Shown here: positions 47,721 to 57,517 of the stretch, one piece after another
Position numbering within the stretch: the first letter of the stretch is position 1
How the letters are laid out: each line of letters starts with the position of its first letter
Origin: an uncultured virus (IMG/VR IMGVR_UViG_2600255157_000003)
Taxonomy: Duplodnaviria; Heunggongvirae; Uroviricota; Caudoviricetes
DNA length: 57,517 nt
Reading direction: 5' to 3' (one strand)
IMG/VR virus record: IMGVR_UViG_2600255157_000003
The notes under the pieces: generated by a model
Seen by the model: only the letters and a program-made list of their open reading frames with translations
What the model was told of the DNA's origin: nothing
The model's database searches: none
Position numbers and translations under genes: made by a program

Positions 47721-50471
47721 GTGGTGGTATATATACTTGATAAGCAATATAATATGTATTCTGTAGATACTGGGCATTTTTACAGCAATCATGAGAAATA
47801 TTTACATAATATGAATTGCAAATATCGCAGAGAACGTAATTATGTCCAGAATAAATTACCAGAAATTAAAAAGCAGTTGAAACAGTTTGGATATACAGAA
47901 GATGATATTAAAAACTTAAAAAATGATAAAACAGAAGAAGTTAATATTATTGAATCTTCTTATGACACTGTTTCTGAATATTTACATTGGGCAAGGTTAA
48001 TTAAGCATAAAAGAGAAAAAGCGAAAGAGTCAAAAGCAAAGTTGCTTACTCTTTTATCTAATAAAGTTAATCAGAATGAATTAACAGATGGAAAAGATCA
48101 TACTCGTACAATCAAAAAAGACAGTTTGAATGATACAAATATAATATCTGTGTTTGACTCTGCTCTCAGCAGAACCATTGGTATTAAACAGGATGAATTA
48201 ACTGATGCTCTAATGGTGGTTCAGGTTTACTATTTTGATGTGTTTAAGGATATATCCTTTTATGGATTTACATATAAAGGCGAAAAATATAAGTATTTTA
48301 CTTCTTCAGCAGGACAGATCCGTAAAAAGAAGGCAGTATTTGTTAAAGAATCTGTATGGAATGAGATTGAAAAGACTGTTATGTGTGGTCTTACAATAGA
48401 TAAAATTAATTCAAAAGGTGGAAACAATGTCAATAAGCATCTGGCTTATATGGCTTTAACAAACTCTGCTACTGATGAGTGGAAAGAATTTGATATTGAT
48501 AAATCCATTGTCATTGATGATTTTGAGACTGATGTATATGGTACTTTTGACTTTGTAGATGAGACTGATTATTCAATTACAAGAAAAACTGATTATGTGC
48601 CAATTCCTCATACTGACGGAGCTGGTATGATTCTGCCGTCAGTTTCCAGTAAAAACTTTATGTTCCGTGCGCCCTGGATTAAGGGATTATTAGGTGTGTT
48701 CAATTTTAGGAAGTTTATAGAAGTTAATAACTACTCTCCTATTATTACAGACATTTATGGTCAGGAATACGATGTTATTAAAGAGGATATACAGATTATC
48801 TTTACAAAATCACAGTTCAAGATGTACAAATATTATGACTCATGGGACGAATATAAGGAATATTTCAAAGAGTATCGTTGTAGCGCCGGTAAATGTAATG
48901 TTGAAGAAGATAGGATAAAAAATGCAAAGATAAATTATCAGATGCTCCAGACTCTTACAAATATCACTGATGATGAAATTGATTTGCTGACACAAAAATC
49001 AGCAGAACGGATTAGTAATGTATGCAGTTCTAAAGATACTATGATGGATATTTTGGGTATTACGCCATACAACACGAATATGACTGCTTTTCAAAAGGCA
49101 GTTAAAATGTATCCTGCTTTACTTAATGATTCATATGCTAAAGATGTGATCCGTGAAGTAAAGAACAGTCTTTTGAAAAAATATCGTAGTGGCAAGTTAG
49201 AAGTCAATGGTAAATATACTTTCTTACTTCCTGACTTCTATGCTGCTTGCGAATATTGGTTTGGTCATATTAATACCCCTACTGGTTTATTAAGCGACAA
49301 AGAGGTATTCTGTTGGTTATTTAAGCGATATGAAAAATTGGATTGTTTAAGAAGTCCTCATCTATACAAAGAACATGCAATTCGCTTTAATGTTGCCAAT
49401 GAAGTTTATGGAGACAGGTCAAAATATATCAGAGAATGGTTTACTACTGATGGAATTTATGCCAGCACACATGATCTAATCAGTAAGATTTTGATGTATG
49501 ATGTTGACGGAGATAAAAGTCTTGTTGTAGCAGATAGGGATTTTATAAGAATTGCAGAACGTAATATGAACGGTATTGTACCACTCTATTATAATATGCG
49601 AAAGGCAGAACCAACTCAGCTTAACAATAAGAACATATATGTTGGACTTAATGCTGCTTTTACGGGTGGGAATATTGGTATATATAGTAATAATATTTCT
49701 AAGATATGGAATGATGATGTATTTATTTCTGGAACCGATATAGAAAAATCGGAAGCAATTGATTGTGTAAAAAGATTATGTTGTCAAAACAATTTTGTGA
49801 TCGACTACGCCAAAACCTTATATAAACCAGAATTTCCTCATGAAATAAATGAACAGATTGCTAAATACACAAATTGCAAATTACCCGCTTTCTTTGAATA
49901 TGCAAAGGATAAAGAAAAATCACAAGTAAAAAAGCGTAATGAAAGTTTTGTAAATAAGATATATGAGAGAATTCCTAATAAGCCTATAAATACTCGTGGT
50001 TTGAAATTAGATAGTATCAATTATAAACATATGATGTCTAATCTCCAAATTATTTGTAGTAAAGAGGTATCTGATTTATATGATGAGTTAAACAAACAAT
50101 ACCGTTATATGATCAATATGAAAGATGAATATATAGATAATCTCAGATATATTGCTTGTAAAATACGAAAAGAATTTGCTATATTTGGATATTCAGAAGA
50201 AACCATCACAGATATGTTAGTAGAATATCTATATGGTAAAGGAAAACGATATAAACAGTTATTATGGTTCTGTTATGGACAATATATTGTAAATAATTTG
50301 GAAAGAAATATTGAAGTGGAGAAGACTAAATTTATTAAATGTATTGATTGCGGTGAATGGCTTGAAGTTCTTACTAACAGTAAAAGAATCAGGTGTGATG
50401 ATTGTTTGCAGCAAGAACGAAAAGAACATAATAAAAAGATGTATCAAAAAAGAAAAATTCAACCAAGTTGA
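47721..50471 (+). CDS. yonO: YonO-like single-subunit (two-barrel) RNA polymerase
   Basis: TSSAGQIR, HTDGAGM, RAPWIKGLL, RSPHL and catalytic YDVDGD motifs; C-terminal Zn ribbon. Confidence 0.88.
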   Translation: MVVYILDKQYNMYSVDTGHFYSNHEKYLHNMNCKYRRERNYVQNKLPEIKKQLKQFGYTEDDIKNLKNDKTEEVNIIESSYDTVSEYLHWARLIKHKREKAKESKAKLLTLLSNKVNQNELTDGKDHTRTIKKDSLNDTNIISVFDSALSRTIGIKQDELTDALMVVQVYYFDVFKDISFYGFTYKGEKYKYFTSSAGQIRKKKAVFVKESVWNEIEKTVMCGLTIDKINSKGGNNVNKHLAYMALTNSATDEWKEFDIDKSIVIDDFETDVYGTFDFVDETDYSITRKTDYVPIPHTDGAGMILPSVSSKNFMFRAPWIKGLLGVFNFRKFIEVNNYSPIITDIYGQEYDVIKEDIQIIFTKSQFKMYKYYDSWDEYKEYFKEYRCSAGKCNVEEDRIKNAKINYQMLQTLTNITDDEIDLLTQKSAERISNVCSSKDTMMDILGITPYNTNMTAFQKAVKMYPALLNDSYAKDVIREVKNSLLKKYRSGKLEVNGKYTFLLPDFYAACEYWFGHINTPTGLLSDKEVFCWLFKRYEKLDCLRSPHLYKEHAIRFNVANEVYGDRSKYIREWFTTDGIYASTHDLISKILMYDVDGDKSLVVADRDFIRIAERNMNGIVPLYYNMRKAEPTQLNNKNIYVGLNAAFTGGNIGIYSNNISKIWNDDVFISGTDIEKSEAIDCVKRLCCQNNFVIDYAKTLYKPEFPHEINEQIAKYTNCKLPAFFEYAKDKEKSQVKKRNESFVNKIYERIPNKPINTRGLKLDSINYKHMMSNLQIICSKEVSDLYDELNKQYRYMINMKDEYIDNLRYIACKIRKEFAIFGYSEETITDMLVEYLYGKGKRYKQLLWFCYGQYIVNNLERNIEVEKTKFIKCIDCGEWLEVLTNSKRIRCDDCLQQERKEHNKKMYQKRKIQPS

Positions 50472-50683
50472 CAAAATAAAATAGACTCGTTATTTACGGT
50501 TGAAAAAATGAACAAAAAAATTTTTCAGACGTAAATAACGACAGAAGTTTTGTGCGTATAAGAGAAAGAACAATCATATCGCACATATAACAAAATACGG
50601 AGGTATTAAATGTTAAAATTTACAAAGAAAGATATGATTCTTTACAATCGAATTCGATACCAGAATGGAGGTAGAAAAGTTAT

Positions 50684-50995
50684 TTGAATGTTACACAAGA
50701 TGTTTTAATAAATCAAATAGCAACAAAAGAAGATATAGATGTAGCGACAGTCCGTAAGATATTAAAATCGGCAGAGAATATTATTTTTGACTACTTGTCT
50801 TCTATCACTCCATCTGAAGAAGTAAATATAAAACTTTTAAATGGTATCAACATAAAAAGGAAATACATAAAAAAGAAGAAATATTCAAAAGGAATGTTTC
50901 AAAATATAGAATGTCCTGACCATGTAAATGTAAAAGCATGTTTATCTAAATATTATAATGGACAGGTTAATCAATATTTGTTTGATAGACAATAA
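50684..50995 (+). CDS. HU/IHF-like DNA-binding protein
   Basis: TQDVLINQIA...VRKIL; position of SPbeta yonN. Confidence 0.65.
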   Translation: MNVTQDVLINQIATKEDIDVATVRKILKSAENIIFDYLSSITPSEEVNIKLLNGINIKRKYIKKKKYSKGMFQNIECPDHVNVKACLSKYYNGQVNQYLFDRQ

Positions 50996-51077
50996 AATTT
51001 GTCATTTATGGCAGCTAAAAAGAGAAGGACTAAATGTAACTGAAAATATATTGAATTATGAAAAGGAGTAAAAAATT

Positions 51078-51692
51078 ATGAATCTAAAAGAATCATACCG
51101 TTATGCAAATTACCTTGATACACTTTTAAATACAGCTTATCGTTATTTACAGAACAAAGGGTTTACTACTACAACCAAACAGAATCACTTGCGTTCAAAA
51201 GCAAATAGCGAAGCCAGTGATGAAATAGTTGAGGTACAGAAACCATATGACGTAGAATTCACTCCAAATGATGTTATTGATTTTGTCGTAGGTGTGATTA
51301 CCGAAAAAGAACTACTGGCTAATGCCATTGCAAAGGCTAAATCTGGTGCAGAGATTAATATTGATAATGCTGTTGCGATGAATAAAAAGAAACAGGCATT
51401 TGTTTCTGTATTGAGTGGAATCGTTAATATTAAACCTAGTGAGAAAACGACACAGGGCACTGATTACAAATTTAATCAGCAGGACGGCAATCAGATTCGA
51501 TATTATTACAATATTGAAGAGACAACAATTATCGACTTTAATCGAAATGATGTTAAGGCATTGATTAAGAAATATAGTAAAGAATGTGATGATATTTCTG
51601 CAAAGTTGGATGCTATTGAAATCAATACAATTGTTGAACATACACAGAAGTATGATATTTCTGATACGTTTGAAGATCTGGTGGGTGCATAA
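51078..51692 (+). CDS. Coiled-coil protein, weakly DIP1984-like
   Basis: MNLKES.. N-terminal helix and IKKYSKECDDISAKLDAIEINT C-terminal helix; family call is tentative. Confidence 0.6.
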   Translation: MNLKESYRYANYLDTLLNTAYRYLQNKGFTTTTKQNHLRSKANSEASDEIVEVQKPYDVEFTPNDVIDFVVGVITEKELLANAIAKAKSGAEINIDNAVAMNKKKQAFVSVLSGIVNIKPSEKTTQGTDYKFNQQDGNQIRYYYNIEETTIIDFNRNDVKALIKKYSKECDDISAKLDAIEINTIVEHTQKYDISDTFEDLVGA

Positions 51693-51713
51693 TCCCACCA
51701 CTCTTCTACCCTC

Positions 51714-52232
51714 ATATCAGATGTTTAAAACAGAATTGAAATTGATTTTGTAATGGTCAATCGGTTCAGATGCAGATGAACTATGACGCTGCGAGGATAA
51801 CATTATCCAGAAAATGTTAAAATCCAATAGTAAATAATGCATTTACATATATATTACTTTCAAGAAAATGGTAAGTTTAAGACTTATTGATTGATGAGGA
51901 AAATATATAAATATTCCAAAACTATTCAATTATCTAATAGTGCTATGTATATTGCGATTTGCTATTTCGATATTTTGTAATTTTGACAATTTGTTAAATT
52001 GAGAATTTGAAATTTTGAAAATCACTTCGTTATTCGTTTATTCAGAATATTGGTTATAGGGATACCCTATTATAGATGATAATATTAACAAATATTATTT
52101 CTTTAATGAAAAAGAAAAATTTTTGAACAATATATTTCAAATTAAAAAACTTGATTTATATCAGTATTTTACTGATAACAAATTGATTGAGATTACATAA
52201 AAGATTTCAGTTCTGTTTTAAACATCTGATAT
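51714..52232 (+). ncRNA. Candidate ~520-nt structured RNA with long closing stem and 8-nt periodic tract
   Basis: 51714-51743 pairs 30/30 (two G-U) with 52203-52232; inner stem 51749-51766 with 52181-52197. Confidence 0.7.
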
Positions 52233-52319
52233 TTGGAAACTCTTTGCTTCATAATTTTATTTCTCATTTCTGTCACAGGTGACGGTACTGCTATTCTAGC
52301 GGTATCGTCATTTGTTCTT

Positions 52320-52393
52320 GTATCCATAGCTCAGTTTGGTAGAGCATCTGACTTTTAATCAGAATGTCATAGGTTCAAATCCTATTGGGTACA
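52320..52393 (+). tRNA. tRNA-Lys(UUU)
   Basis: GTATCCA/TGGGTAC acceptor; TCTGA-CTTTTAA-TCAGA; ATAGG-TTCAAAT-CCTAT. Confidence 0.92.
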
Positions 52394-52395
52394 TT

Positions 52396-52465
52396 TGCGG
52401 TAAGGTGTAAATGGTTGCATATTGGGTTCATACCCCAATGGGTCTGTTCGAGTCAGAATCCGCTA
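52396..52465 (+). tRNA. tRNA with CAT anticodon, initiator-like, imperfect acceptor stem
   Basis: TTGGG-TTCATAC-CCCAA with three G-C pairs; 1:72 mismatch; TCTG-TTCGAGT-CAGA. Confidence 0.65.
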
Positions 52466-52585
52466 CTCTTTTGTCTGTTTAGTACAAACAGTCCTCCGTT
52501 GCTAGGCTCATCGTCAATAGCCCACCATATGTAAACATATAACAAATTGATAATAAAAAAAATATAAATGAAAGGAAGATTTCAA

Positions 52586-52798
52586 ATGGCAAAATTAGAT
52601 AATACACACCAAACAATTGAAAATATTGTAGGTGCAAGAGTTGAGGAAATCAATGGCGAATTAGTTTTAGTGAATGAGGAAGCATTTGACGCTCCTATTA
52701 GTATTGTAAATATGTTTAAACAGTATGTTGGACAGGCTATTGATCTTAAATTGGGTGGAGCTGCTCCAATTTCTAGTTCGATGTTTGATGAAGAATGA
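52586..52798 (+). CDS. Small acidic protein, YonK-like by synteny
   Basis: About 70 aa immediately before the YonJ-like gene. Confidence 0.5.
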   Translation: MAKLDNTHQTIENIVGARVEEINGELVLVNEEAFDAPISIVNMFKQYVGQAIDLKLGGAAPISSSMFDEE

Positions 52799-52804
52799 AA
52801 GTAG

Positions 52805-54049
52805 GTGACTACTCTGTATAATTTTAATGAAGAATTAGCAAAGTATGGATTAACTACTGATACATATGAAAAGGTATGTAAGGATATTTCTGATAAATTA
52901 GAAGGAAATAACGATCTTGATTGGGCAGAGATCCAAGCAAAATATAATATTACCTGCAATTCAGATACAATTCGCAAGGCATCTTCTACTATCTTTGGCG
53001 GTCAGTTTAGAACAGAATATCTTAAAAATCAAATCTATACCAATCCAGAAGAATTTTCAAGAGAGAAAGAATTAGATAAGAAAATTGCAGATATGCGAAA
53101 AGAACGTATGAAATTGCAGACTGCCAATATAGAGCGGAACCGTGTAGATAGAAATGAATCTCGTCAAGAAATGTATTATGAATATGTTGGTAATGTTTGT
53201 ACCGCTCTTCCACTTCCAGAATTTCAGCCACTATATTATGATTCAGCAGAAAACGAATTAGGATATATCATGTCTCTTGCAGACATCCATTATGGTGCAA
53301 AATTTAAAAGTGAAAATAATGAATATTCACCAGAAATCGTAAAAGAACGATTTGAAAATTTATCTGGATATGTTATTGAATTCATTCAAAAACATAAAGC
53401 AACAAAACTTCATATAGCTTCATTGGGCGATATGGTACAGGGAATTTTACGTGTTAGTGATTTAAAAATTAACGATTCTACCATTGTTAGATCTACTGTG
53501 GAGATTAGTAGGTTAATCGCATTATTTTTAAGAGAATTATCTGTGTATACAAAAATTGAATACTATCATACCCCTTCGGCAAATCATAGTCAATTACGTC
53601 CATTAGGAACTAAAGCAAGTGAAATTGCAGATGAAGATTTAGAATATCTTATTGGAAATTATATAAAAGACTTATGTATTGGTAATAAAAGAATTTCTGT
53701 TCATTTGGCTGAAGAAGGCAAACAATACATAGAAATTCCAATTATGGGAAATGAAGTTATTGCTATGCATGGCCATCAGTTAAAAAATATAGAAAATTCT
53801 ATACGTGATTTAAGTATGATGAGACGAAGCTTTATTGACTATCTATTATTAGGACATTTTCATTCTGGTAAGGAAATTCCTAGTTTTGAAGGATGTTGTA
53901 ATGATACGGAAATATTGGTAAGTCCTTCTTTCATTGGTAGCGATCCTTATAGTGATTCTATTATGAAAGGTAGCAAAGCTGCTGTTAAAATATATGGATT
54001 TGATAGTACATACGGACACATAGAAACATACAAATTTATTTTGAATTAG
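52805..54049 (+). CDS. Calcineurin-like metallophosphoesterase (YonJ-like)
   Basis: LADIHYG, LGDMVQG, ANHS, MHGH and LGHFH motifs. Confidence 0.85.
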   Translation: MTTLYNFNEELAKYGLTTDTYEKVCKDISDKLEGNNDLDWAEIQAKYNITCNSDTIRKASSTIFGGQFRTEYLKNQIYTNPEEFSREKELDKKIADMRKERMKLQTANIERNRVDRNESRQEMYYEYVGNVCTALPLPEFQPLYYDSAENELGYIMSLADIHYGAKFKSENNEYSPEIVKERFENLSGYVIEFIQKHKATKLHIASLGDMVQGILRVSDLKINDSTIVRSTVEISRLIALFLRELSVYTKIEYYHTPSANHSQLRPLGTKASEIADEDLEYLIGNYIKDLCIGNKRISVHLAEEGKQYIEIPIMGNEVIAMHGHQLKNIENSIRDLSMMRRSFIDYLLLGHFHSGKEIPSFEGCCNDTEILVSPSFIGSDPYSDSIMKGSKAAVKIYGFDSTYGHIETYKFILN

Positions 54050-54078
54050 CAACAAAATACTAATTTTAAGGAGAAAAT

Positions 54079-54249
54079 ATGGACGAAAATAAAGAGGTTG
54101 CAGTTTTAGATTTTAATGAAATGGTTGATTGGATCAAATTAGAAACGGAATATGATAGAGATACAATTGAACATATTCTCGAAATGGAGACTGAATGGTT
54201 GAAACAGGCAGGAGTTGTCATTGAGGAAGGAGAAAGCCCTAATGAATAA
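54079..54249 (+). CDS. Small acidic protein (56 aa), similar to 1361-1522
   Basis: VLDFNEMVDWI...IEHILEMETEWLKQAGVV; AAGGAG RBS. Confidence 0.65.
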   Translation: MDENKEVAVLDFNEMVDWIKLETEYDRDTIEHILEMETEWLKQAGVVIEEGESPNE

Positions 54250-54751
54250 ACTTATATATTATATTAAACAGTTATTACCACTAAAATATCACTCAAAGTA
54301 CAGTCTCCAGAATGGAGAAAAGAAACTCACAATCTGGAGACAATGGTTTGGTAGACCATTTAATATTGAGCATTTCACTTTGATGTCTTAATGGAACTCA
54401 GTACCATTACATTTAGGGCATGGTGGTAAAGTATCTGTGTCATCATCTAACACTACTACCTGTCCACAATTATCACAGGTATATGCGCCTGCTCCTGGTT
54501 TTTCTCCTGTAGTTGCCATGCAAATCATCTCCTCTCTTGTGTGATGATATTATTGTACTACAGATTTGGAAATTATGGGGTATTATTTTAACAAGTAAAA
54601 TCGTTATGAATGGACGATTATTATATTATCAACTAGAAATGGCGAGACTGATAACTGACTTGGCTGACAAAGCCACAAATACATGTGTTGGAGAGTAAAT
54701 GCTACTCTCCTATTTTATTGAAAAACATTGAAAACAAAGGAGATTTTTATA

Positions 54752-55027
54752 ATGGTAAAGAATGATATGATTAAAGCTGTTGCTTCTGAGGCAGAAGTTA
54801 CAAATAAGGTTGCAGAGGCAGTTATGGATGCCTATGGAAAGTTTTTACTTGGAGCATTGAACGAGAGTCGTGATGAAAAGGTTCCTCTTCCTGGAATTGG
54901 TACGTTTTCTGTAAGGCATGTTGCTGAGCGAAGTGGTGTTGCTGCTCTTGCAGGATGCAAGGAATGGACAAAGCCAGCGCATGATGAATTGAAATTTACA
55001 ATTAGTAAATCTGTTAAGACGCTATAA
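54752..55027 (+). CDS. HU family DNA-binding protein
   Basis: MVKNDMIKAVA...VPLPGIGTFSV...R.G...PAH..LKF..SK. Confidence 0.88.
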   Translation: MVKNDMIKAVASEAEVTNKVAEAVMDAYGKFLLGALNESRDEKVPLPGIGTFSVRHVAERSGVAALAGCKEWTKPAHDELKFTISKSVKTL

Positions 55028-55386
55028 TTCAGACTGGCGGTGACAATATTGTATGACGAAATTGTAAAATCCGTAGATCTCACAGATGATGAGCTTACTA
55101 TTCTCAAAGAACTACTCTTCTATCGCTTAGATGAGTGTGTATCTATTGGAGAGGAAATTACTGTGAGAGATTTACTGGAAAAGTTGGAAAATTGAATTTG
55201 GTATCTGATAATTGATAAGAATTTAAAAAAGGCTTGCGTTCAGAAAATGAGCGTAGGTCTTATTTGTTTGGAGAAAGATGTAGTGTAAACAATTTATGGT
55301 CTGTCAGTTAGATAGGTAAAGAGAATTACAAGGATATTTCTTATCTCTACCTTCAATTTTAAGAATATAAAAATTGGAGGAAATAC

Positions 55387-56082
55387 ATGAACGAAATTAT
55401 TAAAGTAAATTATGAAACAGATGAACCAACAGTATCGGCAAGAAGTTTATATGAAGGACTAGAAATCAAGAAAAGATTTAGTTCTTGGTTTGGTTCAAAC
55501 AGTCAAGGTTTTATTGAAGGCGAAGATTTTACAAGTGTACTTTCAGGTACGGTTGTAAATAATGGAGCACATAGAGACTTACAAGATTATTTATTGTCTG
55601 TAGACATGGCAAAACATATATGTTTAATGAGTAGAACTGATAAAGGTAAACAATGCAGACAATATTTAATTGATTTGGAAAAGGCATGGAATACACCAGA
55701 ACAGGTGATGGCTCGTGCATTAAAACTCGCAGATAAAACAATAAAAAATCTTGAATTAACAATTGAAGAACAACGTCCTCTTGTGGATTTCGCAAATAAA
55801 GTTTCTGACAGTAGTAATCTTATTGATATGGGTAAAATGGCAAAATTGCTAAAAGATGAGCACATTAATATCGGTCGCAATAGATTATTTGAGTGGTTGA
55901 GAAGAAAAGAAATTTTAATGAAAAATAATATTCCTTATCAAAGATATATTGATGGTGGATATTTTCAGGTAAAAGAATCCGTATACGAAACGCCATATGG
56001 TTCTAAGACACAACAAACTACATACGTTACAGGACGAGGACAAATATACATAACTGAAAAGTTAAGAAAAGAATACAAATAA
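55387..56082 (+). CDS. AntA plus KilAC (ANT) antirepressor
   Basis: VSARSLY..L, DMAKHIC, WNTPEQVMARAL, IGRNRLFEWLR and VTGRGQ motifs. Confidence 0.92.
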   Translation: MNEIIKVNYETDEPTVSARSLYEGLEIKKRFSSWFGSNSQGFIEGEDFTSVLSGTVVNNGAHRDLQDYLLSVDMAKHICLMSRTDKGKQCRQYLIDLEKAWNTPEQVMARALKLADKTIKNLELTIEEQRPLVDFANKVSDSSNLIDMGKMAKLLKDEHINIGRNRLFEWLRRKEILMKNNIPYQRYIDGGYFQVKESVYETPYGSKTQQTTYVTGRGQIYITEKLRKEYK

Positions 56083-56171
56083 TTTTTATATAGAGATTTG
56101 TGTGCGGTGAAAGTTGCTACCTACCAGTGATGAGACTGGTTACTTATTGGACGGAAGGAAGTGAATATTTT

Positions 56172-57209
56172 ATGGGAAATGGCAGAAAAACTGTTTATAA
56201 TAGTATTTCATCACCAGATAAATTAGCAAAAGTCAATCCTGAGAATATTCAGTTAGGAAATGATTTCCTTGAATATCTCACTTCTATTGATAGAAGTAAA
56301 TCTACAGTGGATGCCTATCGAAATGATTTAAATATTTTCTGGTGTTGGTGCTTAGAGTTTAATCAAAACAAGTTTTTTGTTGATTTGTCTAAGAGAGAAA
56401 TTGCAAAATATCAAAATTACTGTTTAAACACATTAGGTTGGAGTCCTGCAAGAATGCGAAGAGTAAAATCTACTCTCTCATCGCTTTCCAATTATATTGA
56501 GTCCATGCTTGATGATGAATTTGATTTCAGACCAATTATCCGCAAAATTGAGAATCCGGCTGCATGTGCTGTAAGAGAAAAAACTATTCTTGATGGTGAG
56601 CAGCTTCAAGATTTATTAGAAAAACTCATTGAAAAGAAACAATACGACAAGGCATGTATGCTTTCATTAGCAATGAATAATGGAAGAAGGAAATCTGAAT
56701 TGCCCAGGATGAAATTATCATATTTTACAGAAGATAATGTAATTTATGGCTCTTTATATAAAACACCCGAAACTGTTACTACTAAGGGTAGAGGATCACG
56801 AGGCAAGCAACTTACAGTTTATACTTTAAGAAATGGATTTCAAAAATATCTGGACTTATGGTTGAAATATAGAGAAGAAAATAATATTACATCTGAATGG
56901 TTAATTCCCAGAAAAGAAAATGGTGTTTATATTGATGAGCAGATTCCTATAACTACTATGGATAGTTGGGCTGACACTTTTACAAGGATGTTAGGTGTCC
57001 CGTTTTACTGGCATAGTCTGAGACATTATTTTACAACTGCTTGTTCTCGTAGTGGATTACCAGACGATGTTATTAAAAACCTTGTTGGCTGGGAATCAAA
57101 CGACATGGTTGCCGTTTATAAAGACATCTCTGCTGATGAGCAGTTTGCTCAATATTTTGGAGAAGATGGTATTAAGGAAGTCGAAAAGAAATCATTATCT
57201 GATATGTAG
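56172..57209 (+). CDS. Tyrosine recombinase (XerC/D-like with SAM domain)
   Basis: GRRKSEL, TKGRG, HSLRH, LVGW and VY motifs. Confidence 0.9.
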   Translation: MGNGRKTVYNSISSPDKLAKVNPENIQLGNDFLEYLTSIDRSKSTVDAYRNDLNIFWCWCLEFNQNKFFVDLSKREIAKYQNYCLNTLGWSPARMRRVKSTLSSLSNYIESMLDDEFDFRPIIRKIENPAACAVREKTILDGEQLQDLLEKLIEKKQYDKACMLSLAMNNGRRKSELPRMKLSYFTEDNVIYGSLYKTPETVTTKGRGSRGKQLTVYTLRNGFQKYLDLWLKYREENNITSEWLIPRKENGVYIDEQIPITTMDSWADTFTRMLGVPFYWHSLRHYFTTACSRSGLPDDVIKNLVGWESNDMVAVYKDISADEQFAQYFGEDGIKEVEKKSLSDM

Positions 57210-57307
57210 TGTACATGGAACTCCAATTTTAAAGAACTTTCTTATGATAAATATATTTATTTATATCATAATCTAGTGTATAATTAAGATATAAATACAC
57301 AAAGGTA

Positions 57308-57471
57308 GTGATATATATGAATGTTTTACAAAATATTAAAGTTTATGATGGAATATTTATTTTTGCTATTATATTCTTTTTTACTGCAACTTTATGTGTT
57401 AATTGTATTAGTGGAAAAAATTTTAAAAATAATATAGATGATGCTATTCTAAAAGATGCCTATTATAGAAG
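57308..57471 (+). pseudogene. Membrane protein gene interrupted by IS110
   Basis: TM helix; the last codons of the track ORF come from the IS left end. Confidence 0.55.
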
Positions 57472-57517
57472 CTTCCTGTATAATTCAAATATAGGGAATT
57501 CCAAGAAGGGTGGTTGA
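57470..57517 (+). mobile_element. Left end of a second copy of the same IS110, truncated by window
   Basis: 48/48 identical to the reverse complement of 5885-5932. Confidence 0.9.

Larger units (their letters stand above)
1..57517. mobile_element. Part of a large SPbeta-like temperate phage/prophage
   Basis: YonO-like RNAP followed by HU, YonK-like and YonJ-like genes (SPbeta yonO-N-K-J order); several antirepressors; dense small ORFs; no host housekeeping genes. Confidence 0.85.

Noticed and set aside
51945..52055. Periodic tract as a CRISPR array or simple microsatellite
   Set aside because: No repeat-spacer structure; units vary in sequence while the phase is kept, unlike slippage repeats
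54390..54720. Hairpin-containing intergenic stretch before the HU gene
   Set aside because: Only isolated hairpins and a terminator; no recognisable RNA class or repeat support
1..57517. Alternative genetic code suggested by a possible UUA anticodon
   Set aside because: Long genes are intact under code 11 and end at TAA, TAG and TGA normally

Overview
AT-rich segment of a large SPbeta-like temperate phage/prophage, probably from a Clostridia (Lachnospiraceae-like) host; the host is inferred. The left ~38 kb is transcribed leftward and packed with short accessory genes: the Avd, target and TR 5' end of a diversity-generating retroelement, a Thg1-like polymerase, an HD hydrolase, DUF262, a sigma factor, three MazF, two Uma2, two Fic, PARG, a tyrosine recombinase, HNH-AP2 and RadC. 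An IS110 element is inserted in the Thg1 ribosome-binding site. A symmetric operator-rich switch at 38.4-39.0 kb separates this from the rightward arm, which holds a DnaA-box-rich non-coding region, antirepressors, a putative replication initiator, a YonO-like single-subunit RNA polymerase, HU proteins, tRNAs, YonK/YonJ-like genes, a second recombinase and the start of a second IS110 copy. The most unusual observations are: (1) a 16-bp quasi-palindrome, TRAAA-N6-WTTYA, at about 25 gene junctions surrounding a tyrosine recombinase, suggesting a gene-cassette array; (2) a ~520-nt RNA closed by a long stem and carrying a strict 8-nt periodic tract, next to a coiled-coil protein; (3) a ~1.4-kb promoter-driven structured region with no credible ORF; (4) hammerhead and twister ribozymes. 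All family calls come from motif recognition by eye; no searches were run.
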